NCBI GenBank assembly: GCA_050249215.1
Contig: JBFWQX010000009.1
Location: 36,368-100,367, forward strand
DNA from: Afipia sp.
Lineage (GTDB): Bacteria > Pseudomonadota > Alphaproteobacteria > Rhizobiales > Xanthobacteraceae
DNA length: 64,000 nt
Direction: 5' to 3'
The notes beneath the pieces were generated by a model. It searched no databases. It was not told the origin of the DNA and saw only the letters and a list, made by a program, of their open reading frames with translations. How positions within the stretch are numbered: position 1 is the first letter of the stretch; each line of letters opens with the position of its first letter. A program made the position numbers and the translations under genes. This document shows positions 62,213 to 64,000 of this stretch, piece by piece.

Positions 62213-63262
62213 ATGGCCATTTTTTCGCGCACTTTCGGGACCGGTCTGACGATCGGCGCGGTGATTGCTGTCGCGGTCGCAGCCGCCGCGATCACCTATG
62301 AGCGCTACGATACCCGCACCCTCAAGCGCACCGTGAAACGCGACGCCGTGCTTTGCGGCGTGAACACCGGCCTGCCCGGCTTCTCGATCCCGGACGACAA
62401 AGGCAACTGGTCCGGCTTCGATGTCGATATCTGCCGCGCCGTGGCCGCCGCGATCTTCAACGATCCGACCAAGGTGAAGTTCGTTCCGCTCGACGCCAGC
62501 GAGCGCTTCAAGGAACTGCGCAACCGCAAGGTCGATATCCTGTCGCGCAATTCGACATGGAGCATGTCGCGCGAAACCGAGTACGGCCTGAACTTCGCCG
62601 CCGTCGCCTATTACGACGGCGAAGGTTTCATGGTGCGCCAGTCCCGCAAGATCGACTCGGCGCTCGAACTGGACGGCAGCAAGGTCTGCGTTCAGGCCGG
62701 CACCACGACACAGCTCAATCTCGCGGATTATTTCCGCGCCAACAACATCAAGTATCAGGAACTGAATTTCCCGAAGCTCGACGCGGTGTTGCAGGCCTAT
62801 GACTCGGGCCAGTGCGATGTCCTCACCACCGACGTGTCGCAGCTCTACGCGCTGCGGCTGCGGCTGACCAAGCCGGCCGAACACGTGATCCTGCCCGACG
62901 TCATCTCGAAGGAGCCGCTCGCACCGGTGGTCCGCCAGCGCGACGACGAGTGGCTGCTGATCGTGAAGTGGACGATCTACGCCATGCTGAACGCCGAAGA
63001 ACTCGGCGTCACCTCCAAGAATATCGACGAGGCGCTGAAGTCGAAGAAGCCGGACATCATGCGGCTGCTCGGCACCGAAGGCGCCTATGGCGAGGAAATG
63101 GATCTGACACGGGACTGGGCCGCGCGCATCATCCGCCATGTCGGCAACTACGGCGAAGTGTACGACCGCAATGTCGGCGAGGGATCGAAGCTCAAGATTC
63201 CGCGCGGGCTGAACCAGCTCTGGAATGCCGGCGGCATCCAGTACGCGCCGCCGATCCGCTAG
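62213..63262 (+). CDS. aapJ: amino-acid ABC transporter substrate-binding protein (general L-amino-acid, AapJ-like)
   Basis: 349-aa ORF with LCGVNTGLPGFSIPDDKGNWSGFDVDICRAVAAAIFNDPTKVKFVPL...DILSRNSTWSMSRE...YYDGEGFMV. Confidence 0.85.
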   Translation: MAIFSRTFGTGLTIGAVIAVAVAAAAITYERYDTRTLKRTVKRDAVLCGVNTGLPGFSIPDDKGNWSGFDVDICRAVAAAIFNDPTKVKFVPLDASERFKELRNRKVDILSRNSTWSMSRETEYGLNFAAVAYYDGEGFMVRQSRKIDSALELDGSKVCVQAGTTTQLNLADYFRANNIKYQELNFPKLDAVLQAYDSGQCDVLTTDVSQLYALRLRLTKPAEHVILPDVISKEPLAPVVRQRDDEWLLIVKWTIYAMLNAEELGVTSKNIDEALKSKKPDIMRLLGTEGAYGEEMDLTRDWAARIIRHVGNYGEVYDRNVGEGSKLKIPRGLNQLWNAGGIQYAPPIR

Positions 63263-63284
63263 CGACCCGCGCTTCCGCGCGTTC

Positions 63285-63745
63285 CGATTCAGTTTTCAAA
63301 CAGCATGCGCGTGCGGGGCTTGCCCCATGCGCGCTCAACCAAAGACATGCGCATTCGTTCTCGCGCGTGGCGCGAGGTGCGCTCTCGTTTTGCCCCATCG
63401 CAATGAGGGGGCATGGAGCGCCGCAAGGCGCATTGGATAGAGTTTCGCTTCCGGCATCGCGTGCGAGGCGATGTGTCTCCGAAAGCGCGTCGCCTCACGG
63501 CGCTCCATCGCGGCGATTTTGGGCAAGGGGACCGTGCTTCCGGATGGGACGGGCGAACCCTGATCCGGCGATTTTCATCGCCTTCATCTCCATCTCGTGC
63601 AGCCGCAAGCGGCAGAGCCACGTAGTTGGCCCGGACGGTGACCCCAGCCTCCCGGACGCGTGGTTGCGAACCACATCGCGCAGGCGCCGCATCCTGCTCC
63701 GCTCTCAAGACGCCTCTAGACAGCGCCCCTCGCGAGCAGGACGAC
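63285..63745 (-). ncRNA. candidate structured non-coding RNA, copy B (family unassigned)
   Basis: The reverse complement aligns with 19575-19992 along its whole length, with the same helices and compensatory changes. It carries an extra ~40 nt in the 3' third. It ends next to the aapJ-like stop. Confidence 0.55.
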
Positions 63746-63749
63746 GCGG

Positions 63750-63777
63750 ACTATATTCCTAAATCGGGAGATGTCAA
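63750..63777 (-). promoter_or_regulatory. sigma70-type promoter of RNA element copy B
   Basis: On the minus strand: TTGACA (63777-63772), a 16-nt spacer, then TATAGT (63755-63750). The sequence upstream of the -35 is unrelated to copy A. Confidence 0.6.
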
Positions 63778-63808
63778 GACAATCGTCAGGATCGTGATGG
63801 CCCAACAC

Positions 63809-63975
63809 CGTCATTCCGGGGCGCGCGCAGCGCGAGCCCGGAATCCACAATCACTTTCAGGATTCGAGGGAGGATGGATTCCGGGCCTGCGCCTGCGGCG
63901 CATCCCGGAATGACAAGCAGAGACATCGCGTCATCCTGAGGCGCAAGCCGCGTTTGCGGCGAGCCTCGAAGGATG
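63809..63975. repeat. cluster of REP-like palindromes (same two families as 19361-19535)
   Basis: The first unit is an inverted pair cgtcattccggggcgcgc..gcgagcccggaatcc / ggattccgggcctgcgc..gcgcatcccggaatgac (63809-63914). The second is gtcatcctgaggcgcaagc..ggcgagcctcgaaggatg (63930-63975). Confidence 0.8.
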
Positions 63976-64000
63976 CGCGGCAAACACGATGGATGTTGCG

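Noticed and set aside
62213-63262. AapJ-like binding protein as an orphan lacking its permease and ATPase genes
   Set aside because: The window ends 740 nt downstream, inside repeat and RNA-element sequence. The aapQMP-type genes may simply lie beyond position 64000, so orphan status cannot be judged.

Overview
This is a high-GC alphaproteobacterial chromosome segment. Gene order and the palindromic REP-like repeat families look like Nitrobacteraceae/Bradyrhizobiaceae (Bradyrhizobium, Rhodopseudomonas, Afipia or Nitrobacter type). I support about 58 protein genes, nearly all core housekeeping. In map order they include cobT, cobS, bolA, aroB-aroK, xerD, accA, secA, argJ-mutT, comF-grxC, ubiG, aspartate kinase, ptsP, prfA-prmC, gloB, phbB-phbA/phaR, rpmF, mtgA, ispG, zur, mutS, glnD, a bd/CIO-type oxidase (cydAB) and an AapJ-like binding protein. 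There are also several DMT/EamA transporters, two L,D-transpeptidases and two thiolases. Reading by eye I found no rRNA, tRNA, CRISPR array, transposase, prophage gene or defence-type gene. The many long ORFs antisense to real genes are GC-driven shadow ORFs. The most interesting signal is non-coding. A roughly 420-460 nt element occurs twice in inverted orientation (19543-19992 on + and 63285-63777 on -). In both copies, similarity starts exactly at a near-consensus sigma70 promoter. The copies differ by compensatory stem changes and tetraloop swaps (UUCG/CUUG, GUAA/GUGA), and a 1-nt indel breaks any shared reading frame. I read this as an unassigned structured RNA, and the two copies bracket about 43.7 kb of core genes. 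Secondary observations: (1) a twin long-hairpin repeat module present at two loci in inverted order; (2) a low-GC small membrane ORF wedged between cobS and cobT; (3) a decayed DUF1345 gene; (4) a 447-nt ORF-poor leader upstream of a DUF4167 gene; (5) a PAS/degenerate-GGDEF/EAL protein; (6) at least five families of REP-like palindromes, which also create false N-terminal ORF extensions. Everything comes from manual reading and translation. No database search or folding program was run.
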